Source: Minutocellus sp. GHC0000111 (Eukaryota). From it: a stretch of DNA of 64,000 nt. Position 1 is the first letter of the stretch. Every line of letters begins with the position of its first letter. The notes under the pieces were generated by a model. That model was given only the letters and a program-made list of their open reading frames with translations. It had not been told where the DNA came from and did not search any database. This document shows, piece by piece, positions 45,213-58,462 of this stretch. Where the stretch lies: the NCBI GenBank assembly GCA_977018835.1, contig OZ361257.1, positions 2,046,001 to 2,110,000 on the forward strand. The letters run 5' to 3'. A program made the position numbers and the translations under genes.

Positions 45213-48200
45213 TTATCTTCGTGTCGCCTCCTTTGATAGCTTGGTACTGCTTGCACTCTTGATCGCATGGCCATTGTCATCATTCATGCCGGATTCAACT
45301 TCAGTGGGAGTTTTCCTGCCGATGCTTGGCATCCCAGACGAAGGGCGATGTCGAATACGACGCTTCCTTCTCCCACTGAGACCGGCCGCATCCGCGTCCC
45401 GCCATCTCGCAGCCAAGAGGCGCATAACCTCTGCTACGAAGAATATGTGAGGCTTGCGCATTGGGATCGAAGGCTCGTGATCCCAAGTAGGTTTGGTATC
45501 AATTGATGAGCCAGCTTCGGACCACTGGTATGGAAGTAACTGCATACGACGGGCCCACTTCAACAAGCAAATGCATATCTTGTGTCCACGTCGCATCTTC
45601 CCACCAGAAGAGTCGACACCATGGCCAGACGAGAAGCCCAAGACCGTTTCAAGGTAGTACTGTTCCAAGTCGCTGGGGCCATCGTTCGCTTCACTGGCAT
45701 TCAGCAAACCTCGAAGTAGTTTTGTGTCGACTTGGCCTTTATCACCGGATGATCCATTCCAATTGCCAAAGGGGTCAATCCTCTGCGAATCTGTAGAGTA
45801 ATGACTAAGAATCACGTCGATGGCGTGAACAAGGACAGCATCATCCTGTATCAAATTCTGCGGGGACTCATCAATAGAAGTATGAGATGCGTTGTTGGTT
45901 GTATTTGTACTCGGAATTTTGAGCAAAAGGTCGAGGATTGAGCTGGAAGAGGGCGGACTCTGTGATAACTCGGTCGCATCTGGTATTTCGGCAACATCTT
46001 CTACGAATGCTAGCTGCTCTCGTTCCACAGCATGCCAAATCACCCCGGCGTGGATTGAGTCTCCTGCCAAATCACCTTCCTCAACAAGACGAAGAATTGC
46101 CAGTTCTTGATCATTGAACAAAAGTGGGTGGGCATGATCCAAAGCTGACACATTCTCAGAGTCCGTTAGAATGCTACCCAAGAGATATGGTGAACCTTCC
46201 GTGTCACTTTTGACTTCTGGAATATTCGACATGGACTCACTTTTAGCGTTTTCTAACTTTTCGATGAGTTTCGTACGAGCTGGTTCGATCAGCTTCTGAG
46301 TAGAGACCTCTTTTTCAACTAATGCAATTTCATTCATCGTGCTTGGAACCCCAGATTCTTGGTTTGGAATGGGCTGGCAAAACATGGGCGAACTAGATGT
46401 AGCACCACCGGTGACAGGTGAGAGAGATTTGACTTGGCGCTGAGAGAGTGCACATAGCAATTGTTTTGCATCGGTCTGTCGTCGTATTGTCGGGCCAATC
46501 GTTGTCATTTCTTGACTTGTGTGAGTATCATCTCCATCGCCAAACCGCCTGAACTGTCGGTGGATCACCTGGAGAGCCATAGGAAAATATACTCGCTCCT
46601 TCAGCCATCCCCTATCTGTGGTGAGAGAAGGAGCTCCCACAAACGAAGAACCCCTACCGAGAGCACGCTTGTTGTTATTGGCGGCATTTCCACTTGAAGT
46701 GACGTTTCCGGTCTCTTTTGGCGTCACATGAAACCATCGCATGACCGATTCTGCTGCTGGATTCTTCGTATCATATGTTCCAACAATCAAACCAACAAAC
46801 GGAATGGCCCGCCTTTTATCTGTCTCTTGAACCTCAACGGCATGCCCATGATCGCCAAATTGCTGTTGATAGTTGCCCTGGTTGTGAATGTCGGTCACAC
46901 TTGGGTCTGGTTGAAACGATGGGTGGGAGTGATACCAGCCGACGACCTCGAGACCATGTTTTGCAATTGTCTCCCCTGCAATGATTTGACTGACGGGGTC
47001 CATCTCAACGTCGGTAAATCCCTGATCGTTTCGTTTAGTACATTTGCAAGGGAAGGCAGCTTGCACGTAAATGCATCTCTCAGATTCCACATATCGTCCA
47101 CCGAGGAAGCCAATGATTTCAGACTCGGACAAGTGCGATTGCAAATCAGCAAGAAGCATAGCGTCTGGACAAACCTTGATCGAAAAGGGCTGGACTTGAT
47201 CAATCTGCAAATGAGACCGTTTGATTAGATCCGACAACGAGCGAGAATCATTTCTGGTTGGATCGGATGCCCCGGGCGGTGTTGGCAGCGACGGTAGCGA
47301 GGACGTTGGAAACACCTCCCCGGAAAAGTCATCATCGTGGAGAAAACGCAGCTCAGGCCCGCCTTTATATGCCTCGCATGATATGAGTGTGTGAGGGTTG
47401 AGTTCACCTCTGGCTAGCTCGCCAAGAACGTTAGATAGACTGACGCTTGACCCTTGTCGTTCGCTACGCCGTTTCCGGGCAGAAGTTGCGGGTGTGGCAC
47501 GTTGCTGAACATTCATCGGTGTGGCAGTTGCCGTCTTGCTACTGCTGCCTTCTTCGGACCGTCTGACACCGTGGTCGACTCCGCAGAGACAATATGCTCG
47601 GAGATGCGGGGGAACATACGCACTGGTTGCTGATGATGAATGGCGATTGTCCGCCATTGTTTCGGCCGGGCTGGTATAATTCGTCGATAAAGACTGGTCG
47701 CCCACCATGGCCTCAACCAATTCCTTCAATGACTGGCAATCTCTTTCAGTAGTACTAGCACTTTGGAGCTGGTTGTGCTCTTTGCTCCACCAGCTTAGGG
47801 CAGATGCGTCATTCTCATCGGCATACTTTCCTTCATCCCATATCCATGAACGTCCAAGGACTGTACCTCCAGCATCTAAAGCAGGGAGGCTCTCCAATCC
47901 AACTTTCCAGGGAGGTGCTCCATCTCCCACTTCATCAACAATATCAAGCCAGATTTGGCCTAGAGGAGCTTTTGGAAAAAACGCCAAAGACGACACATCG
48001 ACAGAGAATTTTTCCTGCCCTCTCTTGCACTTCTTGTGTGATCGGCCAGTGGCCTTCTCTTCAGGTGCGATCCGTTGGCATGAGTTTATGTGGTATCGAA
48101 GGAAAGAATAGGAGTTCGACATGTCGTACTTCTCCTTCTCGTCATCGACGGCAGTATCTGGTTTGCTGACTACTTGTTCAGATGAAGCTTCCAAATCTTT

Positions 48201-50441
48201 CTCATCGGTCTCAAAGATATTGTTTGAATCACTCTTGCGTTCGTACTTGCATTTAGATGCAGCCCCCTTGCGCTTCCTCGTCCTCGATTTCTTGAGCTCA
48301 GGCTCATTTTGCTGCTCGTCTTGTGCCTGGGCTTCTTTTACCAGACAAATGGAACTGCCGGCATTATCGCCACTTGACTCTGATCGCTTGCCCCCCTATT
48401 GCGCACCATATCTCTTAACTTTTGGGTGATCCTACTTCTCAAATCCAACCCAGAAACGATATGCCACTGCTCGCCTTTTCTATTATGATCCGTGAGAAAT
48501 CGGCCCGGCGGATCACGGCTGTGAACTTGATTGATCAAATCTGCAACGATCTTACGCCTCGCTTGGGCGTCGCCGTCATGATAAGCCTGAGCTTTGCTCT
48601 TAGAAAACAAAGACTCATTTCCGGGGTGGCTCATTGCCACTTTGCTTCCACCACAAAGATAATCGTTTTCCATCGGGATTATAGCTTCAGGTTCCTTCTT
48701 CGTCTCGTCGTTCTTCTTCTCATTCCTCTTCTCTGCATTTGAACGTTCCTCTTTGGCCTCCTCAGTAGTTTTGCGCTTGTTGGTACGACGAGAGCGAGAT
48801 GGCACGGCAATAGAAGATTCTTTCGTGTCCTCGACTTTGCTCTGATTGTCCACACGTTTAGGAGGAGAATCATCTACAGATGCCTCTACTAGGGAGGGTC
48901 CTGCCTTCGCCTCCGCCTGTGCTCGATTTCGTTTCCGAAGCTTCAATTTCGATCCCGGTTTGGGCGGTCTTACATTTGGTGCCGTCTTTGATGGAGTTTT
49001 CTCTCGGATCGCCTCATGGACACCGCTCGTTTTGACTTCCTTGGCCGATTGTTCCTTTGGGGTCTCTATCTGTTCTGGTAATTCTTGAGCCGAAGGAATT
49101 TTGTCTTCATCGGGCGATGGCTCGGCCGTTACGGATGCCGTACCCGCTGCTTTCTTGGAACTCGCGCCTTGGACACCTGGGGGCACTGCATTTCCCAACG
49201 ACACTTTTACGGCTACTGAAGTTTCATCATCCACTTCCAAAGATATATCTTTGCTGCCAGCGCTACCTGTTTCCGTATCGCTTTTCTTGCGACCTTTGGA
49301 TCTTCTGCGATTCATCTTTTTCCGCCCCTTCTTTGTTGCAGCCTCTCGGTTCTTAGTGGACTCTTTTTGGTCCTTCTGCTGACGAATCTCTTTCGTTGGT
49401 CGGCATTCCTTCTGCACCCACTTCAGACATCGGTGCATTTGAATATTTTGTCGCCTTGACCGCTATTTGAGCTTGTCTCTGTGCTATTTCTTCCTCCTTC
49501 TTTCTCAGTACCTGCTTCAGATGCTTTTTCTGGGCTTCCAACTCATCAAGGACTAGTTGAGATGGAGGAGCTACAGGCAAAGGTTGTTGATGGATTTGAG
49601 AAATATCAGTTGCAGCCGCCTCGGGCAATGGCTGAAGATGCTGCATAAGTGATGGATGGATTCCCGCAATAGTTGTCTGCGCTTGTTGTTGATGGTTCTG
49701 GACCGGTGGAATGGCCGGCATCGGCGGTATTATGGGCACTGCTGTCTCAGTACTCGGCGGTATTGGTGGCATCGTCATAGTGGGATTCCCTTCCACCATG
49801 GTTGGGGGGATCGCACCTTGCGGCGCTACCAGACTCGTTTCTCGAACTCCAATTCCAACAGCAGCAACAGAAGGAGGCTGTATGGGACAGCCACTAGCAT
49901 CCAAGACACCAGCACCAACCGCAGCGGGAGTGGGGTAGTAGTAATGCTGGATCTGAGTTTGGGCTGCCCGAGCCTGCTGCTGCTGAACCACCAAAGCCTG
50001 CTCTTCGATTGCCTGCTTCTTCCTCTCGATCTCTTGCTGCAATTCGTGCTTCTTGCGGTCCACCTGCCGCTTGGCCACTTCCATGGCCTGAGCGTGGGTC
50101 TGTTCACTCGTCATCGCTTGCATCTGCATCATGGTTGCCATGTCCACATTTTGTGCTGCCGCAATAGCAGCTGCCGCATCGGCCGGTGTGAATACCGGTA
50201 AGGCGCCAGCAGCAGCAGCAGCGGCGGCGGTGGCGGCGACTGGATGAGGCGACACATTCCCTCCTACTGGCGCTACCCCTTGCTGCTGCTGCTGCTGTGC
50301 CATCTGCGCCAAGAGAAGCTGAGCCAGCTGTTGTCCCTGCTGCTGCAAGTCTTCATTGCTGCTGCGCCTACTGCTCCCACGCCTCCCTCCGGCTCCTCCG
50401 GCTCCGCCAGCACCAGGGTAGCCTAGCTGCTGGTCCGACAT
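45213..50441 (-). CDS. Large protein: Gln/Pro-rich N-terminus, DUF6824-like domain and JAMM/MPN+ deubiquitinase domain (MYSM1/MPND-like), split by 2 frameshifts
   Basis: Three consecutive minus-strand reading frames with breaks near 49400 and at the C6 run 48391-48396. ENDYLCG...HPGN...PPGRFL (DUF6824-like); EIIGFLGG...VVGWYHSHPSFQPDPSVTDIHNQ (JAMM). Confidence 0.8.
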
Positions 50442-51418
50442 GGTCTTGCTCCTTGCCCCGTTGCCGCGCCGCTCAAAGGTAGATCGATGCGCGCAGACCC
50501 ACGCAGTTCAAATCGAAACTGTCGTCCCAAAATTGCAGCAAAGCGATGCACTCGTTGGTTGCACAACGCTGCAACCAAACCCTTGCCTCGCAACCCTTGC
50601 TCCTTCACGAGGCAGTTGGTATCTTTTTTGCGATGGATGTGACCACGATGTGACAAAACGACCCAATGGAAATCGATGCAACGATATGCCCGGATTCAGA
50701 GGCAAGAATACGCAAAGATTGATTCGGTGAGGCGATGATGAGTGCGGGCGATGAGTGCGGGAAACTGAATCTTTGTCAAGAAGGAAGTTGTAATGGAGAG
50801 TTTGAATTTATTCTTATCCATCCACGACGGGCACTCACCGCACTGTTGTTCTCGATAAGTGTGATGTGCGAGCGCGTGCAAGAAAATGAGATTGCCGCTG
50901 CTGTTCCGCAACAGCGACTATTATTCGCAATGTTTCGGCCTCGGGGCGATTCGAGCGGCCGCCAGCTTGGCTAAGTCAATAATTGGACACGGACTATGAT
51001 TACCTCCGTATCTTGCACGCCCGAGCGAACACGAAAAACCAACACATGATGTGCTGGAATTTGCATGTTGTGGGAGACGGCCAGACGGTTTGGAGAGAAA
51101 AACCCGGAGGAATCTCTCTCTGCCACCCATCTCTTGGCTGAACCCGCGAACCCGCCACAAAAACCGTGAGCGAGGTGAACCAAAGAGAGTCAATCAAAGC
51201 AAAGCAATCCGCATTACCGTTGCTTAGTCACCTCATCCGTTTGGTATCTGCGCTTCTAAAGCAATCGATTAGAATTAATCAGCGGCAAGATACGATTTTC
51301 ACTTTTCGAGCAAGTCACATCTCAAAAGTAGCCCCCTCCCCAAAAAAGGACAATTCAATTCCACCCTCCCTCGACTGATACCTAGGTACAACAAGAGCCA
51401 ATAGATAGACAGTAAGCC

Positions 51419-54125
51419 ATGCCCCGTCCCAAGTCCAACCTTTCCCAGACCGTGTTTGTGCGGTACAGCCCTCCCAATCCGGCGGTCACGCACACTCTGC
51501 TAACGGAAACGTTTTCGGAATACGGTCCAGTCAAAAAGTGCTCGGTCATTCGCGATCAGAAGCATGACGACAGCGACAAGCGTGCGCTTGGCGTCGTCTT
51601 CGGCCTTGGCCGAGGATGCGCTGGAGGCCGTCCAGAAGCTGAATGGGACGTACCTGCACGTTGGCGAGTACGGCGATCGGGTCAAGCTGCACGTGGAACG
51701 GGCCAGCGATGCCACGGCGCCCGGTGGACGGGATGCCAAGAAGTCCAGCAGCAGCAGCAGCAGCTGCTGCAGCAGCAAGGGTGATAATGAGGCTGCACAA
51801 GGTAATACTGGTGCTGCCGATGCGGATGGCGATGGGGAACAGGATCAGCAGCAATTTCAGGTGGACGAGGCCATGGCCCGTCGGAAGCGCACCGCTCGTA
51901 TCATCCTGCGCAACCTGGCCTTCTCGGCCAAGGCATCGCACATCCGCTCAACTATGGAATCCACCTTTGGCAAGGAAGCCATTGTCGACATCCATCTGCC
52001 CTTGGTTCCTGGATCCAATAACGACAAGAATGGAAAGGGAAAGGGCAAGGGCAGAGGTGGGCCCATGCATCGTGGATTTGCCTTTGTGACCTTTGACAAC
52101 TCCGTCCAGGCCCAAAAGGCCGTGGAGATGGGCAGCCTCGTCATCAAGGGACGGGAGGTGGCCATGGATTACAGTGTGAGCAAGTTCCAGCATAAGCGGA
52201 TGGCCGAAGAGCCTGTTGAAGAGGAAGAAGAGGAAGAGGAAGATGAAGATGAAGACGAAGACGAGGAGGAGGAGGAAGAGGAAGAAACCGAGGACAAGAA
52301 CGAGGAAGGGGAAGCAGAAAAGAGCAATGGTGAGGATGATAGTGATAGTGATAGTGACGACGATTCTTCCAGCGACGACGATTATGATTCGAATGACGAC
52401 GACGATGAAGAATCAGTCGATGATGACAACGAAGACGATGGTATTCCCAAGGAGCAGCACCGTCCCAAACCCGTCAACGATCCCCGTCGCACTCTCTTCG
52501 TTCGCAACGTCCCTTTCGATGCCACCCGCACCGATTTGTTTGAGATCTTCCGTCACCACGGTCGCATTGAGTCCATCTACCTCGTCAAGGATCGGGATAC
52601 CGGTGTTGGGAAGGGCACGGCTTTTGTTCGATATGAAACAGAAGCCTCGTCCAAGCGTGCCCTGGAAGCGGCTGGATCATCGTCGACGGGTGGGCCGTTC
52701 GTGTCCCGGGCGTCCGACGGTGGCGACAATTCTGCCAACCTCGCCGGTGGACAGGGCCTGTATCTGTCCGGCCACCGGCTGCTTGTCGATCCTGCCGTCG
52801 ATCGCGATACCGCCTCCTCTCTCAAGGTGGAACGTGACGAAGATGGCAAGCCCCTCGAACGCAAGGTGGGCAAGGACAAGCGCAACCTCTACCTATCCAC
52901 CGAGGGACGAGTTGCCAGCGGCACGGACGGTGAGCCCGGTCCTTGGGAGGAGCTACCGGAATCTGACCGCCAGAAGCGTGGTAGAGCGCATCAAGAAAAG
53001 TCGTCCAAGCTTCGCAGTCCTCTGTTTTTTGTCAATCCTGTGCGACTATCCCTCCGAAATCTGGCCAAGCATGTGGACGAGGCTGCCCTGAAGAAACTGG
53101 CCGTCGAAGGTATCCGAGCTGGACTAGAAGCCGACCTCGTATCCAAGGGGGATGTACTGGCTCACTGGCGTGCCTCGGGCGAAATGACTGCAAGAGATAT
53201 TGTTCAGAAGATCAGTGAGCTAGAGGAAGCTGGAGAGTCCATCGTCCCGCCCTATGACGAGGCCGCAGGTATCCGCCGACACATCCCTTCGGTATACATT
53301 GATCGCGATTTTGCCGGTATCGATGGTGGAAAGAATGCCCTTGCTCCAAGTAGAGGATTTGGTTTTGTCGAGTTTACCCATCACGCTCACGCTCTTGCTT
53401 GCCTTCGCGAGCTCAACAACAATCCCGCCTATTCGGCGGAGTATGCCACCGGCGGTAAGAAGGCCGTCGAGATGAAGAAGAGGCAGCGCAAGGGTAAAAT
53501 GGGCAAGAAGGGTATGAGATTTGATGATGACGCCGAGGGCGGAAACGCTGCGGATTTCGTCGGAGATGATGGTCGCGTGCGCATTCCTCGTCTGATTGTG
53601 GAGTTTACAGTTGAGAACAAGGCCAAGGCAAAGAAGCAGACCGACCATCGTGCCCATCAGCTTGCAAATGCCGAGAAGCAAAAAGCCGCTAGCCGTGCCG
53701 CAAAGAAAGAACGGGCCGATGAGGATGATTCGGGGGATAAGTCCAAAAGCAAGAAAAAGAAGAAGGGACGCGGTGCTCTCCAGCGAGAAAAGAAACGTCG
53801 CCAACGAGAGGAGGGCGCCGAAACCACACCTTCTGAGGACGCAGATACTAAGAAGTCCAAGAAGGCAAGGAAGGTATCTCATGATGATGCCGACGTCGAA
53901 GCTCAGACAAAGCCCAAGGTCAAGGGTGTCAAGCCCCCCAAGAAGCGCAAGATCGACAAGGAAGAACAAGCTTTTGAGAACATGGTCCGATCATATAAGC
54001 AGGCATTTGCCGGCGGTGCCGATGATGTCACAAAGGGCAAGAAAAAGCGCAAGAACAGCAGTGCTGAGAACGATACTCCTGCGAATCCTCGTGCTGAAGT
54101 AACAAAGAAGAGATGGTTTGATTAA
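51419..54125 (+). CDS. RBM28: Nucleolar multi-RRM protein RBM28/Nop4 homolog (frameshift near 51580-51605)
   Basis: Four RRMs (TVFVR; RIILRNLAF..RGFAFVTF; TLFVRNVPF..KGTAFVRY; RLSLRNL..SRGFGFVEF), an acidic tract, and DKRNLYL..EG, ALACLRELNNNP and RLIVEF motifs. Confidence 0.9.
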
Positions 54126-54198
54126 AATTAAATATATCTAATATAACTTAACTTACATGCATATGGAGTTCTAACATCGACCGAGAAACGGCATGTCA

Positions 54199-56412
54199 TC
54201 ATACAAGCTCAAATTGTTTCTGAGGTCGAAGCGCTTCTTGCGATGTGCGAGATGCAAACGGATTATTGCCGCTTCTAAGGGCCATGAGGAGATTTGCTAT
54301 TCGTTGACGACGTTTCTTTTTCTTTCGTCGTCGGGGTTGGATTAGAGTCTCGGGGAAGTGAAACATACACACAAAAGCTGGCACAAGAGAGATGAGGCCA
54401 AGAACATTCAAAGCAATGTCTACACCAAAATCTTCCGCGAGAACTGCGCCGATCGCACTACTGAAAGTGCAGCCAAGACACATGAAGGCAGAGACGATTC
54501 CGAGTAAGAAGGAGAACCTTCCAGTTCCTCTACTCAAGTCGTTGGTTATCAGAACATAGAGTGTCCCAAAGATTCCAGCACCAATTGCATCAAATAGCTG
54601 GGTCGAAAGGATCAAAACTTTACAGATATGCCTACCGAGAGCAGACGCTACTCTGTCTTCCTCGGTCGTGAGAGTCGACAGGATGAAACATCGCACGGGG
54701 AGCGAAAAGAGACAGATTAAAAATAGCTTCTTCCTCCCCCAGTATGGTGAGTAGTCTCCAACTAGTTTTGACATGATCATCATGATGCTCTGAGCAAGTA
54801 GAATGCAAAGCCCGGATAAGAGCACACTGCTTTGAGCATCGTAGAGCTGAACCTGTCTCATTACCAAGGGAAGAACAGCGCTGTTGCTCAAATGAAAACC
54901 AAATACGATGCCACAAAACATCAACACGTCTCTGCTGAAGATTGCAACTATTGGATTGATGGCTTCCCTGATGGCTTCACTTGCTTCGAAAATATGTTCA
55001 GAAGCTGTGGCGTGAAAGCCTAACGCTGGCGTCTGACTCACACCCAGGGTCGTATTGTCGACATCTGGTGTGCCATCCCTCTGTCGTTTTGACAAATTGT
55101 ATGCTTGCGGCGTTTCGTCCCAGTCAATCTCTGACTCTATTGAACGGCGACGAGGTTCATGGTATGACTTCGGCCCAAAGTTGAACGCAGAGCTTGTGAC
55201 GGGAGTTTCCATTTCTTCTGTCGATGGTGGAACGTACTCACTAGGGCTTGTGTTTGGGGTCCTGAAGCTACCACCGAGAGTGATGCAATCGCCAACACTG
55301 CTGGTTCCGTTGTAAGCCATTTCCAAATTGTTGGCCTCTGCCATCCTCTTCTCCTGGAGGGCCTTCCAAAGAGCCTCGCCAGTAGCGTCGGCTAGCGCAT
55401 ACTCGTCCATAGTGCTGGAATGCTCGATGAGGGCACGAGCGGCGTCGGTATCAATTTGTTCCGGTTTGATCCTTCGAACGTAGTAGACGAGGCCCACACA
55501 AAATAGCGGACTAACTACAAACAAAGGTCCAACCGATGGATATAAAAAGTACGCCAGCAAACTTCCCAGGCCAACGTTGATGGCACTCCCGATATGCCGC
55601 ATCATGGTATTTCGGGCAACCTGCCTCGTGAAGCCGGGAGCGCCGACAATTCCAAGAGTGATGGAGTTGAGTCCTGGAGGCTGAATCGCTGTACATGCAC
55701 CCTGCAGCACCTTGAGGATGAATTGGGTCTTCATGCTGCGGTTGCCGGCCAATATGGCGGTAAGCACGGTGATGATACTGCACATGGTTCCGGCGGCAAC
55801 TACTAAATGCAGCTTCTGCGAACCACTCAATTTATCCATAATGAAACCCCCCGGAGCCATGAAGACAACCTGCGATATGCCAAACGCAAACAATAGAGCA
55901 CCAATTTCCTTCTGGGTGAAGTGCTGAGACATTAGCAAAACGCTCTGCATGTAGATCATGGCAAGCCCGTCCCGGATGTCACCCATGCAAAAGGCAATCT
56001 TGGGCAGGATGGGACGGGCATCGTTGACGGTCCCAAACGGATGATGGTCCTGGTTGCGCATCTCGGCCCAGGCCGTTTCCAGCGTGTGGACGCTCTGATC
56101 GTCGAAGCTGGCGTTCTCCCATCCCCGCATGGACTGCGGCGTCATGCTGGCCAGGGAGGCAATGTCGTCGTTTTCATCGTTATCATTATCGGCGTACAAA
56201 TCATGGTCATCGGTATCGACGTGCAACGACGGAGATGGGTTGGGCGGTATCGTGTGAACATCGTCATTGGCCGTCGCTGGCGGTTTGTGCTTTGCCCGGC
56301 CGGGAGTGCGATTTTCCCGCGGCGCCGTCCGTTGGCGCGACATGATATCGGCACCAACGCCGGGACGTGGCCGCTGCGGGGTGCCTGGTTGTGGTTGTTC
56401 TGGTTCGGTCAT
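54199..56412 (-). CDS. Major facilitator superfamily transporter with a long central loop
   Basis: FCMGDIRDGL; two bundles of TM helices; FHLSNSAVLPL, WGRKKLFL and GTGRFS motifs. Confidence 0.9.
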   Translation of the reverse strand: MTEPEQPQPGTPQRPRPGVGADIMSRQRTAPRENRTPGRAKHKPPATANDDVHTIPPNPSPSLHVDTDDHDLYADNDNDENDDIASLASMTPQSMRGWENASFDDQSVHTLETAWAEMRNQDHHPFGTVNDARPILPKIAFCMGDIRDGLAMIYMQSVLLMSQHFTQKEIGALLFAFGISQVVFMAPGGFIMDKLSGSQKLHLVVAAGTMCSIITVLTAILAGNRSMKTQFILKVLQGACTAIQPPGLNSITLGIVGAPGFTRQVARNTMMRHIGSAINVGLGSLLAYFLYPSVGPLFVVSPLFCVGLVYYVRRIKPEQIDTDAARALIEHSSTMDEYALADATGEALWKALQEKRMAEANNLEMAYNGTSSVGDCITLGGSFRTPNTSPSEYVPPSTEEMETPVTSSAFNFGPKSYHEPRRRSIESEIDWDETPQAYNLSKRQRDGTPDVDNTTLGVSQTPALGFHATASEHIFEASEAIREAINPIVAIFSRDVLMFCGIVFGFHLSNSAVLPLVMRQVQLYDAQSSVLLSGLCILLAQSIMMIMSKLVGDYSPYWGRKKLFLICLFSLPVRCFILSTLTTEEDRVASALGRHICKVLILSTQLFDAIGAGIFGTLYVLITNDLSRGTGRFSFLLGIVSAFMCLGCTFSSAIGAVLAEDFGVDIALNVLGLISLVPAFVCMFHFPETLIQPRRRKKKKRRQRIANLLMALRSGNNPFASRTSQEALRPQKQFELV

Positions 56413-57192
56413 TGTTGTTCTTTTGTATGTTCTCTGTCGGTCTCGAATGTTTCGTGTGCGGTTTCCTTCGTTTGTGGGATTGGGGTGCTTATCTGCTACT
56501 ATCGCTTCTCGTGCTGGAAAAATGGCATGTTTATTCTTCTGGGCGCTGATCAGTAAATGGAATGATTTGGAGTTGTTATGCGTGGTCTCTTTGTATTGAC
56601 TATCGGCGTATCTTCTTACCGAACCTGTCCAAACACATCTTGTGAGAGCGCGTTGCTTTGAACTCAGGTGTGATGGATGGCGGCCAGACGTTTTCAAGAA
56701 CTCCCCCTTTGCTTTCCATGCGGCCCGCAAAGAAATTCTCATGATCATTCGGCGGCGTATCTTCTTGCTCCAGCTCCAACGTCGTGTTGACCAATCTGCC
56801 CATCGTTGAATTCTGTGTGGGATCCTAAGGCGGGCTATTGACTTGACTCGACTCAGTCAGTCGACTAAGCAAAAGATACCGAAAAGAACCCCAAGATATC
56901 TCAAAACGCAAAGCTCGGATTTTGATGCCATTCCATCCACCTCTTAACCATGATGTGTACAATCACATGGAGAAGATACAGCCGATTCTATCGGCTCGTT
57001 TTCGAGTTCCACCACGATCCTTCTTTGATTCAAAATCCCATAGTAAATTGAGTGCCCGAGACGGACGACGGAAAGACAACAAACGAGACGTTGCCGGTAA
57101 TGTACCTGGTACTCAGCTTTCTGGCTTGGCCAAAATTTCGGACAGATACCGGCATTTGAGGAGCTGGCACAAGGCACAAGGTGTCCCGCTTT

Positions 57193-58301
57193 ATGGGGAA
57201 GAAGAGCAAGCGTAAGGCGGCCAAGGCCACTGGCGCCCATGGTGCCAATGGCCAGCCCATCCTTGGTCCTCTGGTCGATGGGGTTCTTTGCACCAATGTC
57301 GACCCAAAACTTTGTGCAATCTGCTCGGTCGTCGTGCCCAAGGGAACACCTCTCGACAACGTCTGTTGCGGCACAATGACATGCACGGGTTGCAGTGATA
57401 GGGTCAGAGGCAAGTGCTGTTTCTGCCATGTAAGAATCAAGAGTGCACATATTGTTGCCTCCCTAGCAAAGAAAAGAGTGAAAGAAGGATTCCCTTGGGC
57501 TTATCATTCCTTGGCCGAGCTCTATCGTCGGGGATTTCCCCCCTGGTTTCCTCAATCTGATGGCATGGCGTTTCGCCTGTATGAGAAGGCGGCTGCGAAA
57601 GACCATCCCGTTTCATGCTGTGAGCTCGCAGCATTTTACAAGCATGGCGTAGGTTGCAAGAAGAATCTCGAGAAAGCTCGAATCATGTTCGAGAAGGCCA
57701 TGCATCTACACGCTGAAGAATATGTCAAAATACTACCCCCATCGTTTTGTTCGGGCACAGCCTTGCATTCTCTCTGATAGATTATGGAGAAACTGGAAAG
57801 GGCCTCTCTGTTTTGCTGCTGTTGGCAGAGAGAGGGAATGCACATGCGCAATCTTCGATGAGCAGTCTTTGTGGCCACGTCGGTGATATGGAAGGACGAA
57901 TGCGCTGGACTATCAAATGCTCAGAGAGCTGCTCCGAGGACCCTGGTGGCTGCTTTCCTGCCCTTGATAGCGCCATGAGGCTTTGCGATTACTGCCTTTC
58001 TCGGCACTGGTACGCTGTCGCATCAAAGATCAAACAAGATGCTATGGAAGACTACGAAGCTGTGCTCGTAAAGGATGCACACGATGTACTTTGCGATATT
58101 CGCCGGGAATGTGCGTGGTGCCAATGTACTCTCGACCGATCCATCCGTAAGATGTGCAAAGGGTGCAAGGCGCATTGCTACTGCAGCAAGGATTGCCAGA
58201 AGGCTCATTGGAACGCTGAGGAGAATGATCACAGGAGTGAGTGCAAGAATGCAATGGTTGTCAAGAAGAAGATTGCTGTGAAGCAAGAGGGCCCTCGCTA
58301 G
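57193..58301 (+). CDS. RING-like + SEL1 + MYND protein (MGKKSKRK family, copy 3), frameshift near 57740-57770
   Basis: ORFs 57181-57777 and 57747-58301 are the two halves, both closely similar to copy 1 (EENDHRSEC). Confidence 0.85.
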
Positions 58302-58462
58302 TTTTAGAGTTTTATGTGAAGAGAAAGACGTTATTTAGATTGGGAACGCATACATAGACTACGCAGAGCTCTTGTTGATCGATAACTAATCTAATAAAAA
58401 TATATCGGTATGAAATCTACTTTTGTTAAGAGACGAACGAGCCTACTGAAAACTTTTTGATC

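Noticed and set aside
48385..48400. Programmed ribosomal frameshifting at the frame breaks
   Set aside because: No consistent slippery heptamer or downstream structure is shared among the sites. Homopolymer indel error is simpler.
50733..50770. Box C/D snoRNA (ATGATGA...CTGA) with a duplicated GATGAGTGCGGG
   Set aside because: The boxes are only ~30 nt apart with no terminal stem, which is too short.
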